DNA of 64,000 nucleotides from the human T2T-CHM13v2.0 reference genome, Homo sapiens, in the NCBI RefSeq assembly GCF_009914755.1, contig NC_060948.1; one strand, written 5' to 3'. Made by a program: the position numbers and the translations under genes. A model generated the notes under the pieces. It was not told the DNA's origin, ran no database searches, and was given only the letters and a program-made list of their open reading frames with translations. Every line of letters begins with the position of its first letter. Positions within the stretch are counted from its first letter, which is position 1. Below, piece after piece: positions 42,018-61,352 of this stretch.

Positions 42018-44143
42018 AGATCCATATTTTTTAAATGAAAAAAAATTTCAAAGGTACTCTGCTTGGTACAATAATCAAATGTATAAACTGAGGAATAAAA
42101 CATAACCATGAAACCTACTTATAACTGCATATGGAAAATACAGAGGATAATTTTTTAAATAACATATTTTGAAAGCCTTAACTAGTAATTTGAAGAGTTG
42201 GCATTTGAAAGGCCAGTATGAATATACCTTCAAAGCAGCAACACAGGTTCCCCATGAGAAAAAGCAAACACAGGGAAAATAAAAACACAAAGGTTCAATC
42301 TCTTCTGACCTTTGAAAGACACAGCACAGACAGTGGTCCTTAGGACGAAGACCAGGAGACCCCTAATTCCGTCACCATGGCGATAGGGCATAAACATTGC
42401 TGGGTGAGGGCACAATCCACATTGTGAGGTCCAACTGCTGCCAAGAAGACAGGAGTGCTTTTACATAGACCGAAAGGTCATTGAAGGCTCAGAGTTTTGT
42501 TTCAAGAACTGAATCCCAAGCCCACACGTTATTAGGCTGCGCTTCCTAAAACAAGTTATGAGATGGGAAAAAGGGCACCCACAAACATACGTATACATTA
42601 TGTATATAATAATATACAGTATCATATATATAATATATATAACCTATGTATAATATTGTTTTACATCCTGCATCTTATGTTATATATATTGTATAAAATA
42701 TAATAATTGATAATATATAAGTTTTACAATTATACAATATGACATATAGTATATATTATAATTTATGACATATATAATATATGTTATATATCACATATAG
42801 AATATATTATACGGTTAATATACGTATTAAATATAAATTATACATTATATATATTATATATAATATATCTGTTATATATAATACCCATTATGCATAATAT
42901 ATATATTATGTCTGTTATATATAGTATAAAACAACATATAATAATATATAATTGTATATATAAAATGCGACATATAATATATATTATATTTTATAACATA
43001 TGTAATATATATTATATATTATATATAATACGTTGTATGTATAATACCTATATTAAATATATATTATATGACTATGTTATTAATTACATGTCACATGTGT
43101 TATATATTATATATTTTACATAGAATATACCGGTTACATACAATATATACTATGTTACCTATAATGTATAATTTATTACATGTAAAATAAAGAATGCAAT
43201 ATATTATGTATAATTTATAATATACAATATGTGGAATGTGATATATATAACATATAATATATGATATATGATATACAGTATATGATATATAACATACAAT
43301 ATATGATTCCTAATATATATGGTATACAATATATATTTTATGATATGTATTCTATATGTTTTATATTCTGTTATATATAACTATTTGAAATTATATATAA
43401 CTGTATAATATTTTATGTAAATATGTAATATAATATATATAACTATATAATATATTATATATAACTATATATTATGTTATATATACTTTTATAACATAAT
43501 TTACATAAAATATCATAATATAATATATATTATATTATTTCATATTACATAATATATATTACATATCACCCAATATAACTAACACACATAATATTATAAT
43601 ATAGATTATATTATGTTATATTAAATATCATATATATCATGTATCATATATTCTATAATATATATTACACATTATATAATATGTATGTTGTCTATTATGT
43701 GATATATATAACTCTATATATAATTATATTTTTATACATATAACTAGATAAACATGTAATTCTACATATTTTCATTTATAATATGTAGAATTTTATAATC
43801 ATATATAATTATTTATATTCTATAAAAAATTTTATCATTCTATAAATTATAATATATAAAAATTATAATATGTACTACAAATATATATATTATATATCAT
43901 ATATGATATAGTACCTTTGTTATATATCATAATACACATAAATGTGTATTATGTTATGTATAATTATATAATTTCATATATAAGATCTATAATATGTATT
44001 ATATATTATATATGTTATGTAATATATATAGTATATATAAGCTGACACAGGATAAATATTATATACTATGATATATAAAATATATGAGGTTATATGTTAC
44101 ATATAAGGCATAGCACATAACATGTAATATATATCATATATAA

Positions 44144-44436
44144 TTTTTTTTTTAGACACAGTCTTGTCGTGTTGCACAGGGTGGAGTACAATGGCGCCAC
44201 CTTTGCTCACTGCAACATCTGCCTCACGGGTCCAAGCGATGGTCCTCCCTCAGCCTCCCAGTTAGCTGGGACTACACCACACTGGGACTACACCAGCTGC
44301 CACCATGCCTAGCTAATTTTTTGGATTTTTAGTAGTGACAGCGTTTCACTGTATTGGCCAGGACGTTCTTGATCTCTTCACCTTGTGATCCCCTTGCCTT
44401 GGCCTCCAAATTTGCTGGGATTACAGGCCTGAGCCA
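44144..44436 (-). mobile_element. Alu copy U19 (divergent class)
   Basis: Alu motifs, T10 tail, several substitutions including ggagtaca and caacatct. Confidence 0.92.
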
Positions 44437-46541
44437 AGATCCATATTTTTTAAATGAAAAAAAATTTCAAAGGTACTCTGCTTGGTACAATAATCAAATG
44501 TATAAACTGAGGAATAAAACATAACCAAGAAACCTACTTATAACTGCATATGGAAAATACAGAGGATAATTTTTTAAATAACATATTTTGAAAGCCTTAA
44601 CTAGTAATTTGAAGAGTTGGCATTTGAAAGGCCAGTATGAATATACCTTCAATGCAGCAACACAGGTTCCCCATGAGAAACAGCAAACCCAGGGAAAATA
44701 AAACCAAAAAGGTTCAATCTCTTCTGACCTTTGAAAGACACAGCACAGACAGTGGTCCTTAGGACGAAGAGCAGGAGACCCCTAATTCCGTCACCATGGC
44801 GATAGGGCATAAACTTTGCTGGGTGAGGGCACAATCCACATTGAGAGGTCCAACTGCTGCCAGGAAGACAGGAGTGCTTTTACATAGACCGAAAGGTCAT
44901 TGAAGGCTCAGAGTTTTGTTTCAAGAACTGAATCCCAAGCCCACACGTTATTAGGCTGCGCTTCTTAAAACAAGTTATGAGATGGGAAAAAGGGCACCCA
45001 CAAACATACGTATACATTATGTATATAATAATATACAGTATCATATATATAATATATAAAACCTATGTATAATATTGTTTTACATCCTGCATCTTATATT
45101 ATATATATTGTATAAAATATAATAATTGATAATATATAACGTTTATATTTATAAAATATGACATATAGTATATATTATAATTTATGACATATATAATATA
45201 TGTTATATATCATATATAGAATATATTATACAGTTAATATACGTATTAAATATAAATTATACATTATATATATTATATATAATATATCTGTTATATATAA
45301 TACCCATTATGCATAATATATATATTATGTCTATGTTATATATAGTATAAAACAACATATAATAATATATAATTGTATATATAAAATGCGACATATAATA
45401 TATATTATATTTTATGACATATGTAATATATATTATATATTATATATAATACGTTGTATGTATAATACCTATGTTAAATATATATTATATGACTATGTTA
45501 TTAATTACATGTCACATATGTTATATATTATATATTTTACATAGAATATACCGGTTACATACAATATATACTATGTTACCTATAATGTATAATTTATTAC
45601 ATGTAAAATAAAGAATGCAATATATTATGTATAATTTATAATATACCATATGTGGAATGTGATATATATAACATATAATATATGATATATGATATACAGT
45701 ATATGATATATAACATACAATATATGATTCCTAATATATATGGTATACAATATATATTTTATGATATGTATTCTATATGTTTTATATTCTGTTATATATA
45801 ACTATTTGAAATTATATATAACTGTATAATATTTTATGTAAATATGTAATATAATATATATAACTATATAATATATTATATATAACTATATATTATGTTA
45901 TATATACTTTTATAACATAATTTACATCAAATATCATAATATAATATATATTATATTATTTCATATTACATAATATATATTACATATCTCCCAATATAAC
46001 TAACATACATAATATTATAATATAGATTATATTGTGTTATATTAAATATCATATATATCATGTATCATATATTCTATAATATATATTACACATTATATAA
46101 TATGTACGTTGTCTATTATGTGATATATATAACTCTATATATAATAATATTTTTATACATATAACTAGATAAACATGTAATTCTACATATTTTCATTTAT
46201 AATATGTAGAATTATATAATCATATATAATTATTTATATTCTATAAAAAATTATATCATTCTATCAATTATAATATATAAAAATTATAATATGTACTACA
46301 AATATATATATTATATATCATATATGATATAGTACCTTTGTTATATATCATAATACATATAAATGTGTATTATGTTATCTATAATTATATAATTTCATAT
46401 ATAAGATGTATAATATGTATCATATATTATATATGTTATGTAATATATATAGTATATATAAGATGACACAGGATAAATATTATATACTATGACATATAAA
46501 ATATATGAGGTTATATGTTACATATAAGGCATAGCACATAA

Positions 46542-46856
<315 letters not shown>

Positions 46857-48954
46857 AGATCCATATTTTTTAAATGAAAAAAACTTTCAAAGGTACTCTG
46901 CTTGGTACAATAATCAAATGTATAAACTGAGGAATAAAACATAACCATGAAACCTACTTATAACTGCATATGGAAAATACAGAGGATAATTTTTTAAATA
47001 ACATATTTTGAAAGCCTTAACTAGTAATTTGAAGAGTTGGCATTTGAAAGGCCAGTATGAATATACCTTCAAAGCAGCAACACAGGTTCCCCATGAGAAA
47101 AAGCAAACACAGGGAAAATAAAAACACAAAGGTTCAATCTCTTCTGACCTTAGAAAGACACAGCATAGACAGTGGTCCTTAGGACGAAGAGCAGGAGACC
47201 CCTAATTCCGTCACCATGGCGATAGGGCATAAACATTGCTGGGTGAGGGCACAATCCACATTGTGAGGTCCAACTGCTGCCAGGAAGACAGGAGTGCTTT
47301 TACATAGACCGAAAGGTCATTGAAGGCTCAGAGTTTTGTTTCAAGAACTGAATCCCAAGCCCACACGTTATTAGGCTGCGCTTCTTAAAACAAGTTATGA
47401 GATGGGAAAAAGGGCACCCACAAACATACGTATACATTATGTATATAATAATATACAGTGTCATATATATAATATATATAACCTATGTATAATATTGTTT
47501 TACATCCTGCATCTTATGTTATATATATTGTATAAAATATAATAATTGATAATATATAAGTTTTATATTTATACAATATGACATATAGTATATATTATAA
47601 TTTATGACATATATAATATATGTTATATGTCATATATAGAAAATATTATACGGTTAATATACGTATTAAATATAAATTATACATTATATATATTATATAT
47701 AATATATCTGTTATATATAATACCCATTATGCATAATATATATATTATGTCTATGTTATATATAGTATAAAACAACATATAATAATATATAATTGTATAT
47801 ATAAAATGCGACATATAATATATATTATATTTTATAACATATGTAATATATATTATATATAATACGTTGTATGTATAATACCTATATTAAATATATATTA
47901 TATGACTATGTTATTAATTACATGTCACATGTGTTATATATTATATATTTTACATAGAATATACCGGTTACATACAATATATACTATGTTACCTATAATG
48001 TATAATTTATTACATGTAAAATAAAGAATGCAATATATTATGTATAATTTATAATATACCATATGTGGAATGTGATATATATAACATATAATATATGATA
48101 TATGATATACAGTATATGATATATAACATACAATATATGATTCCTAATATATATGGTATACAATATATATTTTATGATATGTATTCTATATGTTTTATAT
48201 TCTGTTATATATAACTATTTGAAATTATATATAAGTGTATAATATTTTATGTAAATATGTAATATAATATATATAACTATATAATATATTATATATAACT
48301 ATATATTATGTTATATATACTTTTATAACATAATTTACATAAAATATCATAATATAATATATATTATATTATTTCATATTACATAATATATATTACATAT
48401 CACCCAATATAACTAACATACATAATATTATAATATAGATTATATTGTGTTATATTAAATATCATATATATCATGTATCATATATTCTATAATATATATT
48501 ACACATTATATAATATGTATGTTGTCTATTATGTGATATATATAACTCTATATATAATTATATTTTTATACATATAACTAGATAAACATGTAATTCTACA
48601 TATTTTCATTTATAATATGTAGAATTATATAATCATATATAATTTTTTATATTCTATAAAAAATTTTATCATTCTATAAATTATAATATATAAAAATTAT
48701 AATATGTACTACAAATATATATATTATATATCATATATGATATAGTACCTTTGTTATATATCATAATACATATAAATGTGTATTATGTTATCTATAATTA
48801 TATAATTTCATATATAAGATGTATAATATGTATCATATATTATATATGTTATGTAATATATATAGTATATATAAGATGACACAGGATAAATATTATATAC
48901 TATGACATATAAAATATATGAGGTTATATGTTACATATAAGGCATAGCACATAA

Positions 48955-49269
<315 letters not shown>

Positions 49270-51397
49270 AGATCCATATTTTTTAAATGAAAAAAACTTT
49301 CAAAGGTACTCTGCTTGGTACAATAATCAAATGTATAAACTGAGGAATAAAACATAACCATGAAACCTACTTATAACTGCATATGGAAAATACAGAGGAT
49401 AATTTTTTAAATAACATATTTTGAAAGCCTTAACTAGTAATTTGAAGAGTTGGCATTTGAAAGGCCAGTATGAATATACCTTCAAAGCAGCAACACAGGT
49501 TCCCCATGAGAAAAAGCAAACACAGGGAAAATAAAAACACAAAGGTTCAATCTCTTCTGACCTTAGAAAGACACAGCATAGACAGTGGTCCTTAGGACGA
49601 AGAGCAGGAGACCCCTAATTCCGTCACCATGGCGATAGGGCATAAACATTGCTGGGTGAGGGCACAATCCACATTGTGAGGTCCAACTGCTGCCAGGAAG
49701 ACAGGAGTGCTTTTACATAGACCGAAAGGTCATTGAAGGCTCAGAGTTTTGTTTCAAGAACTGAATCCCAAGCCCACACGTTATTAGGCTGCGCTTCTTA
49801 AAACAAGTTATGAGATGGGAAAAAGGGCACCCACAAACATAGGTATACATTATGTTTATAATAATATACAGTGTCATATATATAATATATATAACCTATG
49901 TATAATATTGTTTTACATCCTGCATCTTATGTTATATATATTGTATAAAATATAATAATTGATAATATATAAGTTTGATATTTATACAATATGACATATA
50001 GTATATATTATAATTTATGACATATATAATATATGTTATATGTCATATATAGAATATATTATACGGTTAATATACGTATTAAATATAAATTATACATTAC
50101 ATATATTATATATAATATATCTGTTATATATAATACCCATTATGCATAATATATATATTATGTCTATGTTATATATAGTATAAAACAACATATAATAATA
50201 TATAATTGTATATATAAAATGCGACATATAATATATATTATATTTTATAACATATGTAATATATATTATATATTATATATAATACGTTGTATGTATAATA
50301 CCTATATTAAATATATATTATATGACTATGTTATTAATTACATGTCACATGTGTTATACATTATATATTTTACATAGAATATACCGGTTACATACAATAT
50401 ATACTATGTTACCTATAATGTATAATTTATTACATGTAAAATAAAGAATGCAATATATTATGTATAATTTATAATATACAATATGTGGAATGTGATATAT
50501 ATAACATATAATATATGATATATGATATACAGTATATGATATATAACATACAATATATGATTCCTAAAATAAATGGTATACAATATATATTTTATGATAT
50601 GTATTCCATATGTTTTATATTCTGTTATATATAACTATTTGAAATTATATATAACTGTATAATATTTTATGTAAATATGTAATATAATATATATAACTAT
50701 ATAATATATTATATATAACTATATATTATGTTATATATACTTTTATAACATAATTTACATAAAATATCATAATATAATATATATTATATTATTTCATATT
50801 ACATAATATATATTACATATCACCCAATATAACTAACATACATAATATTATAATATAGATTATATTGTGTTATATTAAATATCATATATATCATGTATCA
50901 TATATTCTATACTATATATTACACATTATATAATATGTATGTTGTCTATTATGTGATATATATAACTATATATATAATTATATTTTTATACATATAACTA
51001 GATAAACATGTAATTCTACATATTTTCATTTATAATATGTAGAATTATATAATCATATATAATTATTTATATTCTATAAAAAATTTTATCATTCTATAAA
51101 TTATAATATATAAAAATTATAATATGTACTACAAATATATATATTATATATCATATATGATATAGTACCTTTGTTATATATCATAATACATATAAATGTG
51201 TATTATGTTATCTATAATTATATAATTTCATATATAAGATGTATAATATGTATCATATATTATATATGTTATGTAATATATATAGTATATATAAGATGAC
51301 ACAGGATAAATATTATATACTATGACATATAAAATATATGAGGTTATATGTTACATATAAGGCATAGCACATAACATGTAATATATATCATATATAA

Positions 51398-51689
51398 TTT
51401 TTTTTTAGACAGAATCTTGTCCTGTTGCACAGGGTGGGGTACAATGGCGCCATCTTTGCTCACTGCAACTTCTGCCTCACGGGACCAAGCGATTGTCCCC
51501 CCTCAGCCTCCCAGGTAGCTGGGACTACACCACACTGGGACTACACCAGCTGCCACCATGCCTAGCTAATTTTTTGGATTTTTAGTAGTGACAGCGTTTC
51601 ACTGTATTGGCCAGGATGGTCTTGATCTCTTCACCTTGTGATCCCCTTGCCTTGGCCTCCAAATTTGCTGGGATTACAGGCCTGAGCCA
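51398..51689 (-). mobile_element. Alu copy U22
   Basis: Same motifs as U1; cgggaccaag variant. Confidence 0.93.
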
Positions 51690-53787
51690 AGATCCATATT
51701 TTTTAAATGAAAAAAACTTTCAAAGGTACTCTGCTTGGTACAATAATCAAATGTATAAACTGAGGAATAAAACATAACCATGAAACCTACTTATAACTGC
51801 ATATGGAAAATACAGAGGATAATTTTTTAAATAACATATTTTGAAAGCCTTAACTAGTAATTTGAAGAGTTGGCATTTGAAAGGCCAGTATGAATATACC
51901 TTCAAAGCAGCAACACAGGTTCCCCATGAGAAAAAGCAAACACAGGGAAAATAAAAACACAAAGGTTCAATCTCTTCTGACCTTTGAAAGACACAGCACA
52001 GACAGTGGTCCTTAGGACGAAGAGCAGGAGACCCCTAATTCCGTCACCATGGCGATAGGGCATAAACATTGCTGGGTGAGGGCACAATCCACATTGTGAG
52101 GTCCAACTGCTGCCAGGAAGACAGGAGTGCTTTTACATAGACCGAAAGGTCATTGAAGGCTCAGAGTTTTGTTTCAAGAACTGAATCCCAAGCCCACACG
52201 TTATTAGGCTGCGCTTCTTAAAACAAGTTATGAGATGGGAAAAAGGGCACCCACAAACATACGTATACATTATGTATATAATAATATACAGTGTCATATA
52301 TATAATATATATAACCTATGTATAATATTGTTTTACATCCTGTATCTTATGTTATATATATTGTATAAAATATAATAATTGATAATATATAAGTTTTATA
52401 TTTATACAATATGACATATAGTATATATTATAATTTATGACATATATAATATATGTTATATGTCATATATAGAAAATATTATACGGTTAATATACGTATT
52501 AAATATAAATTATACATTATATATATCATATATAATATATCTGTTATATATAATACCCATTATGCATAATATATATATTATGTCTATGTTATATATAGTA
52601 TAAAACAACATATAATAATATATAATTGTATATATAAAATGCGACATATAATATATATTATATTTTATAACATATGTAATATATATTATATATAATACGT
52701 TGTATGTATAATACCTATATTAAATATATATTATATGACTATGTTATTAATTACATGTCACATGTGTTATATATTATATATTTTACATAGAATATACCGG
52801 TTACATACAATATATACTATGTTACCTATAATGTATAATTTATTACATGTAAAATAAAGAATGCAATATATTATGTATAATTTATAATATACCATATGTG
52901 GAATGTGATATATATAACATATAATATATGATATATGATATACAGTATATGATATATAACATACAATATATGATTCCTAATATATATGGTATACAATATA
53001 TATTTTATGATATGTATTCTATATGTTTTATATTCTGTTATATATAACTATTTGAAATTATATATAACTGTATAATATTTTATGTAAATATGTAATATAA
53101 TATATATAACTATATAATATATTATATATAACTATATATTATGTTATATATACTTTTATAACATAATTTACATAAAATATCATAATATAATATATATTAT
53201 ATTATTTCATATTACATAATATATATTACATATCACCCAATATAACTAACATACATAATATTATAATATAGATTATATTGTGTTATATTAAATATCATAT
53301 ATATCATGTATCATATATTCTATAATATATATTACACATTATATAATATGTATGTTGTCTATTATGTGATATATATAACTCTATATATAATTATATTTTT
53401 ATACATATAACTAGATAAACATGTAATTCTACATATTTTCATTTATAATATGTAGAATTATATAATCATATATAATTATTTATATTCTATAAAAAATTTT
53501 ATCATTCTATAAATTATAATATATAAAAATTATAATATGTACTACAAATATATATATTATATATCATATATGATATAGTACCTTTGTTATATATCATAAT
53601 ACATATAAATGTGTATTATGTTATCTATAATTATATAATTTCATATATAAGATGTATAATATGTATCATATATTATATATGTTATATAATATATATAGTA
53701 TATATAAGATGACACAGGATAAATATTATATACTATGACATATAAAATATATGAGGTTATATGTTACATATAAGGCATAGCACATAA

Positions 53788-54102
<315 letters not shown>

Positions 54103-56230
54103 AGATCCATATTTTTTAAATGAAAAAAAATTTCAAAGGTACTCTGCTTGGTACAATAATCAAATGTATAAACTGAGGAATAAAACATAACCATGAAACC
54201 TACTTATAACTGCATATGGAATATACAGAGGATAATTTTTTAAATAACATATTTTGAAAGCCTTAACTAGTAATTTGAAGAGTTGGCATTTGAAAGGCCA
54301 GTATGAATATACCTTCAAAGCAGCAACACAGGTTCCCCATGAGAAAAAGCAAACACAGGGAAAATAAAAACACAAAGGTTCAATCTCTTCTGACCTTAGA
54401 AAGACACAGCACAGACAGTGGTCCTTAGGACGAAGAGCAGGAGACCCCTAATTCCGTCACCATGGCGATAGGGCATAAACATTGCTGGGTGAGGGCACAA
54501 TCCACATTGTGAGGTCCAACTGCTGCCAGGAAGACAGGAGTGCTTTTACATAGACCGAAAGGTCATTGAAGGCTCAGAGTTTTGTTTCAAGAACTGAATC
54601 CCAAGCCCACACGTTATTAGGCTGCGCTTCCTAAAACAAGTTATGAGATGGGAAAAAGGGCACCCACAAACATACGTATACATTATGTATATAATAATAT
54701 ACAGTATCATATATATAATATATATAACCTATGTATAATATTGTTTTACATCCTGCATCTTATGTTATATATATTGTATAAAATATAATAATTGATAATA
54801 TATAAGTTTTATAATTATACAATATGACATATAGTATATATTATAATTTATGACATATATAATATATGTTATATATCACATATAGAATATATTATACGGT
54901 TAATATACGTATTAAATATAAATTATACATTATATATATTATATATAATATATCTGTTATATATAATACCCATTATGCATAATATATATATTATGTCTAT
55001 GTTATATATAGTATAAAACAACATATAATAATATATAATTGTATATACAAAATGCGACATATATTATATATTATATTTTATAACATATGTAATATATATT
55101 ATATATTATATATAATACGTTGTATGTATAATACCTATATTAAATATATATTATATGACTATGTTATTAATTACATCTCACATGTGTTATATATTATATA
55201 TTTTACATAGAATATACCGGTTACATACAATATATACTATGTTACCTATAAGGTATAATTTATTACATGTAAAATAAAGAATGCAATATATTATGTATAA
55301 TTTATAATATACAATATGTGGAATGTGATATATATAACATATAATATATGATATATGATATACAGTATATGATATATAACATACAATATATGATTCCTAA
55401 TATATATGGTATACAATATATATTTTATGATATGTATTCTATATGTTTTATATTCTGTTATATATAACTATTTGAAATTATATATAACTGTATAATATTT
55501 TATGTAAATATGTAATATAATATATATAACTATATAATATATTATATATAACTATATATTATGTTATATATACTTTTATAACTTAATTTACATAAAATAT
55601 CATAATATAATATATATTATATTGTTTCATATTACATAATATATATTACATATCACCCAATATAAGTAACATACATAATATTATAATATAGATTATATTA
55701 TGTTATATTAAATATCATATATATCATGTATCATATATTCTATAATATATATTACACATTATATAATATGTATGTTGTCTATTATGTGATATATATAACT
55801 ATATATATAATTATATTATTATACATATAACTAGATAAACATGTAATTCTACATATTTTCATTTATAATATATAGAATTATATAATCATATATAATTATT
55901 TATTTTCTATAAAAAATTATATCATTATATAAATTATAATATATAAAAATTATAACATGTACTACAAATATATATATTATATATCATATATGATATAGCA
56001 CCTTTGTTATATATCATAATACATATAAATGTGTATTATGTTATCTATAATTATAAAATTTCATATATAAGATGTATAATATGTATTATATATTATATAT
56101 GTTATGTAATATATATAGTATATATAAGATGACACAGGATAAATATTATATACTATGACATATAAAATATATGAGGTTATATGTTACATATAAGGCATAG
56201 CACATAACATGTAATATATATCATATATAA

Positions 56231-56522
<292 letters not shown>

Positions 56523-58643
56523 AGATCCATATTTTTTAAAAGAAAAAAAATTTCAAAGGTACTCTGCTTGGTACAATAATCAAATGTATAAACTGAGGAA
56601 TAAAACATAACCATGAAACCTACTTATAACTGTATACGGAAAATACAGAGGATAATTTTTTAAATAACATATTTTGAAAGCCTTAACTAGTAATTTGAAG
56701 AGTTGGCATTTGAAAGGCCAGTATGAATATACTTTCAAAGCAGCAACACAGCTTCCCCATGAGAAAAAGCAAACTCAGGGAAAATAAAACCAAAAAGGTT
56801 CAATCTCTTCTGACCTTTGAAAGACACAGCACAGACAGTGGTCCTTAGGACGAAGAGCAGGAGACCCCTAATTCCGTCACCATGGCGATAGGGCATAAAC
56901 ATTGCTGGGTGAGGGCTCAATCCACATTGTGAGGTCCAACTGCTGCCAGGAAGACAGGAGTGCTTTTACATAGACCGAAAGGTCATTGAAGGCTCAGAGT
57001 CTTGTTTCAAGAACTGAATCCCAAGCACACACGTAATTAGGCTGCGCTTCTTAAAACAAGTTATGAGATGGGAAAAAGGGCACCCACAAACATACGTATA
57101 TATTATGTATATAATAATATACAGTATCATATATATAATATATATAACCTATGTATAATATTGTTTTACATCCTGCATCTTATATTATATGTATTGTATA
57201 AAATATAATAATTGATAATATATGTTTTATATTTATACAATATGACATATAGTATATATTATAATTTATGACATATATAATATATGTTATATATCATATA
57301 TAGAATATATTATACGGTTAATATACGTATTAAATATAAATTATATATTATATATATTATATATATCTGTTATATATAATACCCATTATGCATAATATAT
57401 ATATTATGTCTATGTTTTATATAGTATAAAACAACATATAATAATATATAATTGTATGTATAAAATGCGACATATAATATATATTATATTTTATGACATA
57501 TGTAATATATATTATATATTATATATAATACGTTGTATGTATAATACCTATATTAAATATATATTATATGACTATGTTATTAATTACATGTCACATATGT
57601 TATATATTATATATTTTACATAGAATATACCGGTTACATACAATATATACTATGTTACCTATAATGTATAATTTATTACATGTAAAATAATGAATGCAAT
57701 ATATTATGTATAATTTATAATATACAATATGTGGAATGTGATATATATAACATATAATGTATGATATAAGATATACAGTATATGATATATAACATACAAT
57801 ATATGATACCTAATATACATGGTATACAATATATATTTTATGATATGTATTCTATATGTTTTATATTCTGTTATATATAACTATTTGCAATTATATATAA
57901 CTGTATAATATTTTATGTAAATATGTAATATAATATATATAACTATATAATATATTATATATAACTATATATTATGTTATATATACTTTTATAACATAAT
58001 TTACATAAAATATCATAATATAATATATATTATATTATTTCATATTACATAATATATATTACATATCACCCAATATAAGTAACATACATAATATTATAAT
58101 ATAGATTATATTATGTTATATTAAATATCATATATATCATGTATCATATATTCTATAATATATATTACACATTATATAATATGTATGTTGTCTATTATGT
58201 GATATATATAACTATATATATAATTATATTATTCTACATATAACTAGATAAACATGAAATTCTACATATTTTCATTTATAATATATAGAATTATATAATC
58301 ATATATAATTATTTATATTCTATAAAAAATTATATCATTATATAAATTATAATATATAAAAATTATAATATGTATTACAAACAGATATATTATATATCAT
58401 ATATGATATAGTACCTTTGTTATATATCATAATACATATAAATGTGTATTATGTTATCTATAATTATATAATTTCATATATAAGATGTATAATATGTATT
58501 ATATATTATGTATGTTATGTAATATATATAGTATATATAAGCTGACACAGGATAAATATTATATACTATGACATATAAAATATATGAGGTTATATGTTAC
58601 ATATAAGGCATAGCACATAACATGTAGTATATATCATATATAA

Positions 58644-58935
<292 letters not shown>

Positions 58936-61040
58936 AGATCCATATTTTTTAAATGAAAAAAAATTTCAAAGGTACTCTGCTTGGTACAATAATCAAATGT
59001 ATAAACTGAGGAATAAAACATAACCATGAATCCTACTTATAACTGCATATGGAAAATACAGAGGATAATTTTTTAAATAACATATTTTGAAAGCCTTAAC
59101 TAGTAATTTGAAGAGTTGGCATTTGAAAGGCCAGTATGAACATACCTTCAAAGCAGCAACACAGGTTCCCCATGACAAAAAGCAAACTCAGGGAAAATAA
59201 AACCACAAAGGTTCAATCTCTTCTGACCTTTGAAAGACACAGCACAGACAGTGGTCCTTAGGATGAAGAGCAGGAGACCCCTAATTCCGTCACCATGGCG
59301 ATAGGGCATAAACATTGCTGGGTGAGGGCACAATCCACATTGTGAGGTCCAACTGCTGCCAGGAAGACAGGAGTGCTTTTACATAGACCGAAAGGTCATT
59401 GAAGGCTCAGAGTTTTGTTTCAAGAACTGAATAGCAAGCCCTCACGTTATTAGGCTGCGCTTCTTAAAACAAGTTATGAGATGGGAAAAAGGGCACCCAC
59501 AAACATACGTATACATTATGTATATAATAATATACAGTATCACATATATAATATATATAACCTATGTATAATATTGTTTTACATCCTGCATCTTATATTA
59601 TATATATTGTATAAAATATAATAATTGATAATATATAAGTTTTATATTTATACAATATGACATATAGTATATATTATAATTTATGACATATATAATATAT
59701 GTTATATATCATATATAGAATATATTATAGGGTTAATATACGTATTAAATATAAATTATACATTATATATATTATATAAAATATATCTATTATATATAAT
59801 ACCCATTATGCATAATATATATATTATGTCTATGTTATATATAGTGTAAAACAACACATAATAATATATAATTGTATATATAAAATGCGACATATAATAT
59901 ATATTATATTTTAAGACATATGTAATACATATTATATATTATATATAATACGTTGTATGTATAATACCTATATTAAATATATATTATATGACTATGTTAT
60001 TAATTACATGTCACCTATGTTTTATATTATATATTTTACATGGAATATACCGGTAACATACAATAAATACTTTGTTACCTATAATGTATAATTGATTACA
60101 TGTGAAATAAAGAATGCAATATATTATGTATAATTTATAATATACACTATGTGGAATGTGATATATATAACATATAATATATGATATATGACATAAAGTA
60201 TATGATATATAACATACAATATATGATACCTAATATATATGGTATACAATATATATTTTATGATATGTATTCTATATGTTTTATATTCTGTTATATATAA
60301 CTATTTGAAATTATATATAACTGTATAATATTTTATGTAAATATGTAATATAATATATATAACTATATAATATAATATATATAACTCTATATTATGTTAT
60401 ATATACTTTTATAACATAATTTACATAAAATGTCATAATATAATATATATTATATTATTTCATATTACATAATATATATTACATATCACCCAACATAAGT
60501 AACATACATAATATTATAATATAGATTATATTATGTTATAATAAATATCATATATATCATGTATCATATATTCTAATATATATATTACACATTATATAAT
60601 ATGTATGTTGTCTATTATGTGATATATATAACTCTATATATAATTATATTATTATACATATAACTAGATAAACATGTAATTCTACATATTTTCATTTATA
60701 ATATATAGAATTATATAATCATATATAATTATTTATATTCTATAAAAAATTATATCATTATATAAATTATAATATATAAAAATTACAATATGTACTACAA
60801 ATATATATATTATATATCATATATGATATAGTACCTTTGTTATATATCATAATACATATAAATGTGTATTATGTTATCTATAATTATATAATTTCATATA
60901 TAAGATGTATAATATGTATCATATATTATATATGTTATGTAATATATATAGTATATATAAGATGACACAGGATAAATATTATATACTATGACATATAAAA
61001 TATATGAGGTTATATGTTACATATAAGGCATAGCACATAA

Positions 61041-61352
<312 letters not shown>

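Noticed and set aside
42890-43123. 77-aa Ile/Tyr/Asn-rich plus-strand ORF
   Set aside because: Translation of AT simple repeat, opened in one unit only by a 2-bp deletion (tatgtctgttat near 42911).
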